Source: Macrostomum lignano (taxonomy: Eukaryota). From it: a stretch of 64,000 bases of DNA. Below, in pieces: positions 49,575-60,415 of the stretch. The notes under the pieces are model-generated. The model did not search any database. It saw only the letters and a program-made list of their open reading frames with translations, and was not told the DNA's origin. Numbering within the stretch: position 1 is the first letter of the stretch; every line of letters starts with the position of its first letter. The stretch spans positions 62,001-126,000 of the forward strand of contig NIVC01001855.1 in assembly GCA_002269645.1 (NCBI GenBank). The letters are read 5' to 3'. A program made the position numbers and the translations under genes.

Positions 49575-52362
49575 TCAGTCGTGGTAGGCATCGACGCCTC
49601 CGTAGCCGCTTCTCTCCATCGAGTCAGAGGTGAGAAGCGGGTCGACGCGCTTGTACCGGCCTCTGAAATTTGTGTTACCAACTGGGCGCTGTTATACATG
49701 TAACCCCTGCTTGCCTCTCTGTAGCTATGCCTGCTGGCTCAGCAACCGCCTTTCAGTGAGGGCCGCGACCGCCCCATCAATCGCCTTAAAAAAATCTGCG
49801 CTTCTGCAAAAACTAAATGAAAGAGCCTGCCAAGCTCGGCAAAAGACGGGAGCTCAAGCTTTGCCAGCACCACTGATCTAAAAGACAGGGGCGCCCACCG
49901 AGAGAAACAGGAGCGCCCACCAAGAGACAGAGGCGCCCATCAAGAGACAGGGGCGCCCATCAAGAGACAGGGGCGCCTACCCAGGGGCGCCCATCAAGAG
50001 ACAGGGGTGCCCATCAAGAGACAGGGGCGCCTACCCAGGGGCGCCCATCAAGAGACAGGGGCGCCCATCAAGAGAGACAGGGGCGCCCACCAAGAGAGAC
50101 AGGGGCGCCCACCAAGAGAGACAGGGGCGCCCACCAAGAGAGACAGGGGCGCCTACCAAGAGAGACAGGGGCGCCCACCAAGAGAGCTGTGATGCGTCCC
50201 TGGCACCGCCGAAGCTCCTGAAATGAGCCAGCCGTTTAGCTCACCTGAAGTAGCGCCTGTGCACAGCGCAGCCGGTGATGGCCACCGCCAAGGTCAGCAA
50301 GCCGCAGGCGACACCAAGCGACACAACCAGGCCGACGCCCCATCTGGAGCTGCCTCCATCGTCTCCGGCACCCTCGCCCTCGCCGCCTTCGACGCCACCG
50401 GATGAATCGCTGGCTGCGACCGCCTTTGCCGCTCCCGCCGCTGCGTGATTCGAACTCGCGACCTCGGCGGCCTCGCTCTGCACGGCATTCCGATGCCTAG
50501 CGATCTTGAGCAGCGCCTCCAGCCTGGCGCCCGTCAGGCCCCGGTGCCAGCCGACAGCCTTCAAATAGTCAGCGGTGGTGGCGTTGGTGGACTCGCAGAA
50601 GGCCCAGTCTCTGCTCGACCAGCTGACCGAGGCGATCGAGGCTTTCAGGCCGCACCAGAAGCCGCTGGTCGCCGGAGCAACGGGAGTAGGTCCGGCCATA
50701 GACAGTTGCAGGCAGCTGTAGTGCAGGCGGCCGCCGTAGGCGAACGGAATGCGACAGTGGAAGCGGCTCTTGTCGTGGCCTGGGAAAAATAGGTGAAAAA
50801 TCATCTGAAGGCTGTGTACGGCTGTTCAGTCCAATGACTTGGGGGTCGCCACACACACCCTCAGTTACCCCAGCTAATGCTGGCACCCATTTACAGCTGG
50901 GTGAACTGAAGCAATGCAGAGTTAAGTGTCTTGCTCAAGGACACAAATTGTCTCGAATGGGTCGACCTGTCCTTCCAGTCGTAAGTCTGACGCTCTAACC
51001 ACTAGGCTAGTTACCCCTCTTTTCGATAAAAATTCAGGGCTTGTCTTGCAACAGGTAAGCATCTGTCCTGTAAAATTTGAAATTTAATATTTAACAGGTA
51101 AAGTTTTGCAGTTCAAGCAGCTACTTTGAGCGCTCCAAACGTGATGCATAACGCATTTCCTTTTCAAGGGAGCCAACATCAAACAAATTATCGAAATTTC
51201 CCACGCCCACGTTTCATTGAGCAGCCTCAAAGATGGTCTGAGTTCAAACTTCCTGCAGATTTCCAAGCTTAAAAGGTTGCGGAAATGGCACGCTCTGTCT
51301 CAAACAAAGCTCCTTATTTCTGACTAATCTGCCAGTTAATTAGATGGAAGGTGCACCGAACACTTCTCTCGAATAGCCGTCAGGATGCAATTAGAGTTAG
51401 GGATAAAAGATGTTGAACCGGAAACAGATTGCGAGCGGCTGAGCTCATTTCAAAAATTGTCGTTTTTGCTTTAGGCAACAAAAATTAATTGCTGAAATGG
51501 AAAATATTGCGAATATAGGCAATAAAATCTTTATATCATTATGCTCACCACTTCTGTCTAACAGACTGACTCAATCATAACACTCAGTGCTCATATCTAA
51601 CAGGCTGACGTCATCGTAGCAGTCACGTGACTTCCCAACTCACTGTCGCACCGCATCCAATTTTCGTCTTTAGTGAAGTTTGCAGTGATTGAGCACCACT
51701 CTTCGCCTTTGAGGTCGTACCGCACGCAGGTGTGATGCCACCTGCCGTGCCACCAGAACGGGAACACGCAGCGTCGACCGCCCGGCACCGAGGGCAGAAC
51801 CACCGGCGGCGGCGGCGGTGGTGGCGGCGGGGTTCGGGGCTTGGAAGCGTTGGCCGGGTTGGCGGTTGCGACACCTGTTTGACAAACCGTTTGAGTTGAG
51901 GGTAACTTAGGTCCGCTGCTGCCCATGCTGTGGGTATTTAGGTCCACTGCTGCCCATGCTGTGGGTATTTAGGTCCACTGCTACCCATGCTGTGGGTATT
52001 TAGGTCCACTGCTACCCATGCTGTGGATATTTAGGTCCACTGCTACCCATGCTGTGGGAATTTAGGTCCACTCCTACCCATGCTGTGGGTATTTAGGTCC
52101 ACTGCTACCCATGCTGTGGGAATTTAGGTCCACTCCTACCCATGCTGTGGGAATTTAGGTCCACTCCTGCCCATGCTGTGGATATTTAGGTCCACTCCTA
52201 CCCATGCTGTGGGTATTTAAGTCCACTGCTAATACAATATTTACCTGTTTATTAAGTCACTACCTCATTAAAAACAGTTTATAAATTGAACTTACCGTTT
52301 AAAACAAGAAAAGCAACAGTCAGGCACACCTGAATGGTGACCACAATGCTCAGTGGTTTCAT
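49575..52362 (-). CDS. Type I membrane protein, 306 aa: signal peptide, Pro-rich segment, two fibronectin type II-like domains, stalk, TM, Tyr-containing tail; exons 52362-52296, 51874-51644, 50779-50245, 49662-49575
   Basis: SP MKPLSIVVTIQVCLTVAFLVLNG; FN2 CVFPFWWHGRWHHTC..EWCSITANF..WMRC and CRIPFAYGGRLHYSC..FWCG..WAFC; phases 1,1,2 all consistent, total 921 nt; tail GRYKRVDPLL...AYHD*. Confidence 0.85.
49882..50185 (+). repeat. 20-22 bp GC-rich minisatellite (CCAAGAGACAGGGGCGCCCA) in FN2 gene intron 3
   Basis: Seen directly; reverse complement of the 52.96-55.76 kb array. Confidence 0.95.
50802..51016 (-). mobile_element. Copy of the tRNA-derived SINE in FN2 gene intron 2
   Basis: Reverse complement reads TAGCCTAGTGGTTAGAGCGTCAGACTTACGAC...GTGTCCTTGAGCAAGACACTTAACTCTGCATTGCTTCAGTTCACCCAGCTGTAAATGGG...CAGCCTTCAGATG. 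Confidence 0.82.
51912..52230. repeat. 31 bp minisatellite CCATGCTGTGGGTATTTAGGTCCACTGCTAC in FN2 gene intron 1
   Basis: About 10 copies seen directly. Confidence 0.96.
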
Positions 52363-52961
52363 ACCTGTGGTATTCTTATTTTTGTGCTGTCCAGACGATT
52401 AAATAGTTTAATAATTTTTGCATCAATTAAAACAGTGGGAAATCTAAATGATTATTTCGCCTATTTAACGCAAAAATCCCATTAGTGTACGTATAACTTG
52501 CCTTATCTTCGCAAGGGAAAATTAAAGATTGATCAGTTATCGATTCTTAGTCTCAAGGCCATTAAAACTCAGCCCCTTGTTTTCTCGCAATATCCCAGAA
52601 AATGCTCTCTCTCTCACAGATCGGCCTAATCCCGTGATCGGAAAGGCAGAATAACTGCCTACCTGACAGCTGTTGGCGCTATGGTCTCGTGCACCTGCAT
52701 ATCCAGTTGGGAAAAAAGTCAAACCTCGACACTGTGACCATATAGGGGTATGAAAAAAACTGAGAAAGGACATGGAAGGAATAGAGGGTTGAAGAAATGC
52801 GAGCTTGCAGCGTGACAACATGCGCGAGATAGAAGGCTATTTGTGGTATTACGAAGTATTCTAAAATCAGCTAAACATCGTGCCTGTCTCCAACTGTTGT
52901 GCTTGGGAATTTTGATTTCAGGGTTTGCAACTCTTAGGGGCACTAATATGCGAGTCTCATG

Positions 52962-55757
52962 GTGGGCGCCCGTCTTTTTGTGGGCGCCCCTGTCTCTTGG
53001 TGGACATCCATGTCTCTTGGCGGGTGTCCTCTGTCTCTGGGTGGTCGTCCCTGTCTCTTGATAGGTGCCCCTGTCTCTTGGTGGGCGTCCCCTGTCTCTG
53101 GGTGGTCGTCCCTGTCTCTTGATAGGTGTCCCTGTCTCTTGGTGGGCGTCCCCTGTCTCTTGGTGGGCGCCCCATGTCTCTTGGTGGGCGCCCCCTGTCT
53201 CTTGGTGGGCGCCCCCTGTCTCTTGGTGGGCGCCCCCTGTCTCTTGGTGGACATCCATGTCTCTTGGTGGGCGTCCCCTGTCTCTTGGTGGGCGCCCCCT
53301 GTCTCTTGGTGGGTGCCCCTGTCTCTTGGTGGGCGTCCCCTGTCTCTTGATAGGTGCCCCTGTCTCTTGGTGGGCGCCCCCTGTCTCTTGGTGGGCGTCC
53401 CCTGTCTCTGGGTGGTCGTCCCTGTCTCTTGATAGGTGTCCCTGTCTCTTGGTGGGCGTCCCCTGTCTCTTGGTGGGCGCCCCCTGTCTCTTGGTGGGCG
53501 CCCCCTGTCTCTTGGTGGGCGCCCCCTGTCTCTTGGTGGGCGCCCCCTGTCTCTTGGTGGACATCCATGTCTCTTGGTGGGCGTCCCCTGTCTCTTGGTG
53601 GGCGCCCCCTGTCTCTTGGTGGGTGCCCCTGTCTCTTGGTGGGCGTCCCCTGTCTCTTGATAGGTGCCCCTGTCTCTTGGTGGACATCCATGTCTCTTGG
53701 CGGGTGTCCTCTGTCTCTGGGTGGTCGTCCCTGTCTCTTGATAGGTGCCCCTGTCTCTTGGTGGGCGTCCCCTGTCTCTTGGTGGGCGCCCCCTGTCTCT
53801 TGGTGGGCGCCCCTGTCTCTTGGTGGGCGCCCCCTGTCTCTTGGTGGACATCCATGTCTCTTGGTGGGCGTCCCCTGTCTCTTGGTGGGCGCCCCCTGTC
53901 TCTTGGTGGGCGTCCCCTGTCTCTTGATAGGTGCCCCTGTCTCTTGGTGGGCGCCCCCTGTCTCTTGGTGGGCGTCCCCTGTCTCTTGATAGGTGCCCCT
54001 GTCTCTTGGTGGACATCCATGTCTCTTGGCGGGTGTCCTCTGTCTCTGGGTGGTCGTCCCTGTCTCTTGATAGGTGCCCCTGTCTCTTGGTGGGCGTCCC
54101 CTGTCTCTGGGTGGTCGTCCCTGTCTCTTGATAGGTGCCCCTGTCTCTTGGTGGGCGCCCCCTGTCTCTTGGTGGGCGCCCCCTGTCTCTTGGTGGGCGC
54201 CCCCTGTCTCTTGGTGGACATCCATGTCTCTTGGTGGACATCCATGTCTCTTGGTGGGCGTCCCCTGTCTCTTGGTGGACATCCTTGTCTCTTGGTGGGC
54301 GCCCCCTGTCTCTTGGTGGGTGCCCCTGTCTCTTGGTGGGCGTCCCCTGTCTCTTGGTGGGCGCCCCCTGTCTCTTGGTGGGCGCCCCCTGTCTCTTGGT
54401 GGGCGTCCCCTGTCGCTTGGTGGGCGCCCCCTGTCTCTTGGTGGGTGCCCCTGTCTCTTGGTGGGCGTCCCCTGTCTCTTAATAGGTGCCCCTGTCTCTT
54501 GGTGGGCGCCCCCTGTCTCTTGGTGGGCGTCCCCTGTCTCTTGGTGGACATCCATGTCTCTTGGTGGACATCCATGTCTCTTGGTGGGCGCCCCTGTCTC
54601 CTGGTGGACATCCATGTCTCTTGGTGGGCGTCCCCTGTCTCTTGGTGGACATCCATGTCTCTTGGTGGGCGTCCCCTGTCTCCTGGTGGACATCCATGTC
54701 TCTTGGTGGACATCCATGTCTCTTGGTGGGCGCCCCTGTCTCCTGGTGGACATCCATGTCTCTTGGTGGGCGTCCCCTGTCTCTTGGTGGACATCCATGT
54801 CTCTTGGTGGGCGTCCTGTCTCTTGGTGGGCGTCCCGTCTCTTGGTGGGCGTCCCGTCTCTTGGTGGGCGCCCCATGTCTCTTGGTGGGCGTCCCCTGTC
54901 TCTTGGTGGACATCCATGTCTCTTGGTGGGCGTCCTGTCTCTTGGTGGGCGTCCCGTCTCTTGGTGGGCGTCCCGTCTCTTGGTGGGCGCCCCCTGTCTC
55001 TTGGTGGGTGCCCCTGTCTCTTGGTGGGCGTCCCCTGTCTCTTGGTGGGCGCCCCCTGTCTCTTGGTGGGCGCCCCCTGTCTCTTGGTGGGCGTCCCCTG
55101 TCTCTTGGTGGACATCCATGTCTCTTGGTGGGTGCCCCTGTCTCTTGGTGGGCGTCCCCTGTCTCTTAATAGGTGCCCCTGTCTCTTGGTGGGCGCCCCC
55201 TGTCTCTTGGTGGGCGTCCCCTGTCTCTTGGTGGACATCCATGTCTCTTGGTGGACATCCATGTCTCTTGGTGGGCGCCCCTGTCTCCTGGTGGACATCC
55301 ATGTCTCTTGGTGGGCGTCCCCTGTCTCTTGGTGGACATCCATGTCTCTTGGTGGGCGTCCCCTGTCTCCTGGTGGACATCCATGTCTCTTGGTGGACAT
55401 CCATGTCTCTTGGTGGGCGCCCCTGTCTCCTGGTGGACATCCATGTCTCTTGGTGGGCGTCCCCTGTCTCTTGGTGGACATCCATGTCTCTTGGTGGGCG
55501 TCCTGTCTCTTGGTGGGCGTCCCGTCTCTTGGTGGGCGTCCCGTCTCTTGGTGGGCGCCCCATGTCTCTTGGTGGGCGTCCCCTGTCTCTTGGTGGACAT
55601 CCATGTCTCTTGGTGGGCGTCCTGTCTCTTGGTGGGCGTCCCGTCTCTTGGTGGGCGTCCCGTCTCTTGGTGGGCGCCCCCTGTCTCTTGGTGGGCGTCC
55701 CGTCTCTTGGTGGGCGCCCCCTGTCTCTTGGTGGGCGTCCCCTGTCTCTTGATAGGG
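52962..55757 (-). repeat. 2.8 kb GC-rich 19-21 bp satellite (CTGTCTCTTGGTGGGCGCCCC) with higher-order blocks
   Basis: Seen directly; the rare CTCTTAATAGG variant at 54481 and 55168 marks a 687 bp duplication. Confidence 0.98.
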
Positions 55758-57238
55758 GACGGTATGGTTGGCAACCCTACCGGCCTTATTTCATTTAACT
55801 GCCAGTCCTCAGTTAAGCATTTTCCTTTTTTGTGAATTCAACCCTGAGCAAAACAGCTACATGCCGCCTCATTCGCAGTTCTGTTCTGAAGCCTAAAAAT
55901 TGAGACGCAGCAAGTTTAAATGCCAAAAAATCTGAAACCTAACTTTATCTATCAGATTTACGCTCGTAGTTTATGCTAAAAAATTTCTGCGAAATGCATT
56001 TTTTGTTTTAAAGTAAAAAGAGACACCTAGTAATGTATTCATTTGCTTTTGAGCCGGCTTGCCTAATTTGGGACTTAGGGTCCCTCTGAAATTTGTTATT
56101 TGTGTAATTGTGATTGTGCGCTCGTATATTTAGTTCTTCTGTTTCGAATTGAAAGGTAACGAAAAGTTGCAAAATTCTGCTTGAATACGGCATTCTCAAT
56201 CTCAACATTTCAATTTTCTTATAATCACAGACTGCAAACAGCACAGTCAACTTCGTTGTTGTGTAATTTCCATCGCAACTTGAAATTAGCGAATTTGATG
56301 TTTAATTATATTAATTTTAGTTGTCATGGCCAGCCGTGGCTGCGACTCAAGGTCAAGGATAGTTGGAACAGACGCAGTCGCAGGTGCCTAAAGGCATGTT
56401 CAGGTATCCAACGCAGCCGGCGGTGACGCCAAAGTGCTGACGACAACGGCGGGTGCAGTAGCGAAAAACCGTGTGAAAATCTGGAAAGTAGGTAGAAATT
56501 GGCATTTAAAGTTCCGAGTGTACATTCAATGTACATTCAGCGCGCAGTGGGGAGGTGGGTGAGATAGCAGAGAATTTCTGCCTACCCTCCAATCTGTACA
56601 TTCTCAGCTAAATGTACATTTAGCACGCGGCGTGGGGTTGTTGGCTTAGCTTATCGATCGACTGCCTGGCAAAATTAAAATCTGAAACCAGTTGGCTTTA
56701 TTACTTACAGAAAACTCTTTTGTTGACTTGGTGAGTTTGTATCTCGCCAGGTTTATTAGCCAAAGGTGTGGCGCTAACTCCGCCACCCTGATAGTCAACG
56801 CTGATTAGCACCAGCACAAGGCAAGCTGCCAGTATTGTAGTGGACGAATGCATTGGCTAATTAGTATCGAAACTGATTGAGACAGGGAAAATATTACTGA
56901 AAAATCTTTGAGTATGTCAGCTGCAGTACGGACGCAGAGTCACACCTATGCGAGTATTTATAATGAAGTCCACATCAGTAGCGGGCCAATCCGGATTAGG
57001 CTGCCAGAGATGAGACACTCATTGCTTGGATTCGCGAGATTGTGAGAATCTTTCACGAAACGCAACTATCTAACTAGAGTCATCCAAGGCAATTAGAATA
57101 GCCTTTTTTGATTAATTGAATTAAATTGCTCTTAGTGTTCTTGGATCAAATTTGTATGGAACAGTCCTGCAATAAAAAAAGAATCCAGATCAACATTAGC
57201 TTTCTACTACATTTATATTGATTCAGGCAGCTCTGATG

Positions 57239-57490
57239 CAGTGGCGTAGCCAGGGTGCGGTGCTGGTGACCCCTGGTGCTGGCGACCCTGGTGCTGCATG
57301 GCGACCCTGGTGCTGGTGACCCTGGTGCTGGCGCCCTTGGTGCTAAAGCCCCTGGTGCTGGCGACCCTGGTGCTGGCGGCCCTGGTGCTGGCGCCCTTGG
57401 TGCTAAAGCCCCTGGTGCTGGCGGCCCTGGTGTTGGCGCCCCTGGTGCTGGCGCCCCCTTAACGATAAAAATTCTTGACTACGTCCGTGT
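57239..57490. repeat. 15 bp GC-rich repeat (CCCTGGTGCTGGCGA) inside a possible small TIR element
   Basis: Repeat seen directly; ends CAGTGGCGTAGCCAGG and CTTGACTACGTCCGTG are only weakly complementary. Confidence 0.7.
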
Positions 57491-60415
57491 TTTGATGCAC
57501 ATACTACGATGTATTCTAAAATGAATTTCTTTCAAATCTACGAGTAAAACGCATGTAGCATACTGCAGAAGTGCATGTACGTCGTATAGATAGCATTGGA
57601 AACATTAAACAAATCGAGTCAAGTAATTTTTAAAACCCCCAGGGTAGTTGACAGTCAAAAATTGAGCTTACTCAAGAATTGGGGCCTCGTTGAGCTCGCG
57701 ATTTTCCATATTCGGTACGAGCTTAGGCTGGATTAAATCAGGAATCACCAAAATATTTTCTTAATACGCTCGTAGCAGAAAAAAATGGTAAGCATCCTTA
57801 ACTTGGCGAAATGTACTACTGCTGCTTTTGGCTCTAGTAGTGCATGCACCAAACAAGGCCTTATTAGCTCGTAGCTCAAATAAGAGGGAAACTACGTTTC
57901 TTGGAAAAATTTTGGAGGCAGCAGGCTTGCCATTGCCGCAGATCGGGTTTACTCTGACCCTGATTTTGACAGTAGAAAATTCCATATCTAATATTAGATA
58001 CTGGTGTAAACTGAAGCGTCATGCAGATAAAAAAATTATAAAATAGTGCTGAAGGAGATATTAGATATTCGGCACGACATTTATCTTCTTTTTTTGGGCA
58101 ACAGCAAGAAGCATTACGGAAATAGTAAACAGTAAAAAATGCATTCGGTGTAGAAAAACAGCCTTTAATTAATTTTTCACCCGCGGTTTACTTTGAAGCA
58201 TTATGTGTTCTTTCGATTCAAAAGCCTCCAAATGAGCTCGGCAAAGTAATCAGTGCATGAGCTGTGTACCTGTTGATTTGAGTGCACTCGAGTCTTGAAA
58301 ATATTTTGATTAAACCTCCAAACCGATGGCTCAACAGTCTAAAGCTTGATATCTTAAGATGTAAATGAGCACGAGCTTTCCCTTGTTACCTCCTACACGC
58401 TGTCGTCCGATTGACTTTCCCGATCGACAATGTTTCTCTTCGACCATTGTGTGAAAAGTACCCGAGTTCGGCTATACACCTGTGGCGAAATTAATTTCTT
58501 TAATTAAGTGCCTAGACCGACAATCGGCCTAGAGCTTGTCGTAGCGATCTTTGCTCATTTGAGCCAACCCAGACACAGCACATTATGATTTCTAGTAGAC
58601 TTCCTCACGGAAAGAAAGTCAGAGGGCCACTGTACATCTTGTGTAATTTTGTACATCCGAGTACATACTGTACATCAGGTGCAGCTGACAACGATATGGA
58701 CACGAATTCTTGATTTTCGGCATTGCTCTACAGGCTTGTCCAAAGTGTATGGCAGGTAATAAAATTAGTAAATTATTACCACTGTTTGTAAGCTGTTTGA
58801 CCGAAAGTGCTGCAACTGGGTGGCTAAAAGCCAACTAACTATATAGTATACTGCATACATGCATTTACCGGTACTGTAAGAGCATAGCACCAAAGCAGAA
58901 CAACAAAATGTTAACCACGCTACTCATATAAGTAGATGAATGTTACAGGAACAAGTGTATATCTATAATCTAAATTTAAATAATTTAACTGTTGCATTGA
59001 GCAGCAAAAAATAATTCTACACCTAAGCGTTAGCAGGAAGTTCCCGAAGTTCAAAAGAGCATAGATAGAACAGTCAATTTTTTAGCAAGAGAGAGAAATA
59101 TGCATTCGATTCTTCTTTTTAATGGAGTTTTCACAGAATTAAGTGCACTATGAAATTGGGTTGAATAAATATCGATTGGATTTCTGTTAGGAACTTTCTG
59201 GCTTCTAAATTAATCGATCTAGTTTGACAACTTGCGCTGTCCATGGACTGTCTTCTCGAAGCAAGGACTCCTTTATCTATGACACTACCGCTAGTCAAGG
59301 CTGCCATGCAAACATCGGTCCGCTGACCCCTGAGCACACGTGTGCACACGGAAACGTACGCAAACACGAACTCACAGAGGTTGTACTCGTACAGTGCTTA
59401 AGGGTTGAGAAGGACAAACCATTTTTATGCATGAGCCCCATTAACTGCTTTTGGGGTGCTTGGAATCGAGCCTAGGACTTAAGAGCGAGATTCAGACGCG
59501 TTTGAACGGAGCAGCTCTGCCCCCCCCCGGCTATCAACATTTTTTTATTAGAGGCAGGGGGTTGTGTGCACCCTGGCGCACTTTAAGCGACATAGGCACA
59601 CAACCGGCGAGAGGCATTACTGCCCATTCCGCCGACTCCCCTGAGCAGGCACACAAGCGCGCGGATACGTACGCAGGCACACACTGACACAGGAGTGTAC
59701 AGCGGCCCTAACTTTATTTTATCGTTAGGCATGTACACTTCACTGCGCCTTGGGGGGTTGGCTCTCAAGGCCGTTAATTGCACGAGCAGAGCCAAGCCGA
59801 GATTCCAATTCAGCCCCAAATTAATGTGACTGCACTTGGAATCGAGCCTGCTGGCACACCAGAGCCTGCGCTAGACCGCTGGGCTACGGCCCCCCCTTAG
59901 GTTATCAACATGGAAAATCGATAAAAATTACTATTGAATAAAGTGAAACGCATTCTTTAATTAAATTCCGAGTCACAACCAAGGTAATTTTGTGACTGAG
60001 GACTTGGAAGACAGGATCAATAACGAAGTAATTAAAAACAGGAAATTATTTTTCTGACGAAAAGCCTTAGATTAATATTTCTAACAAAGGCATGCACGCA
60101 TTTTCCGTAAAAAAAGCTCTCCAGCTACTTCAATTTTTTAGCAAGCAAAGCGCGCTGATGGGAATATATGTATAGCCATGACGATGCAATTTATATTTAA
60201 ATTAACTGCACAGTCACCAAGATGCGGGAGGCTGTCTCGTGCCTAAAGGCTGAATACCAGATTCGTTAAAATTCAAAATATTCAGCAGTCACCGAGGCTT
60301 TGATTTGGGGCGAATCTAAAGCAGAGCCAATCAGCTTCTATCGCCTCAAAGCTGATTATAAAACAAAACAACTGATACTTTCGATGCGTCTATGCTCGTA
60401 TTAGAAGCTTAAATT

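Noticed and set aside
48147-49575. FN2 receptor and calmodulin-like gene as a trans-spliced operon
   Set aside because: A good cis donor (CCG|GTGAGC at 48281) explains the acceptor before the calmodulin-like ATG as an ordinary 5' UTR intron.
50218-50244. 27 nt micro-intron after the FN2 TM exon
   Set aside because: It would run the frame into the satellite; the acceptor at 49662 gives a clean in-phase tail. Minor use is not excluded.
52719-55835. 961, 895 and 868 aa ORFs as real repetitive proteins
   Set aside because: Open on both strands and in several frames because the monomer lacks stops; satellite DNA.
56320-56470. GC-richer patch as a coding exon
   Set aside because: All frames are short and show no recognisable motif or consistent splice partners.
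57276-57524. Collagen- or elastin-like GPGA peptide
   Set aside because: Product of a 15 bp repeat, with a TTG start and no signal peptide or splice context.
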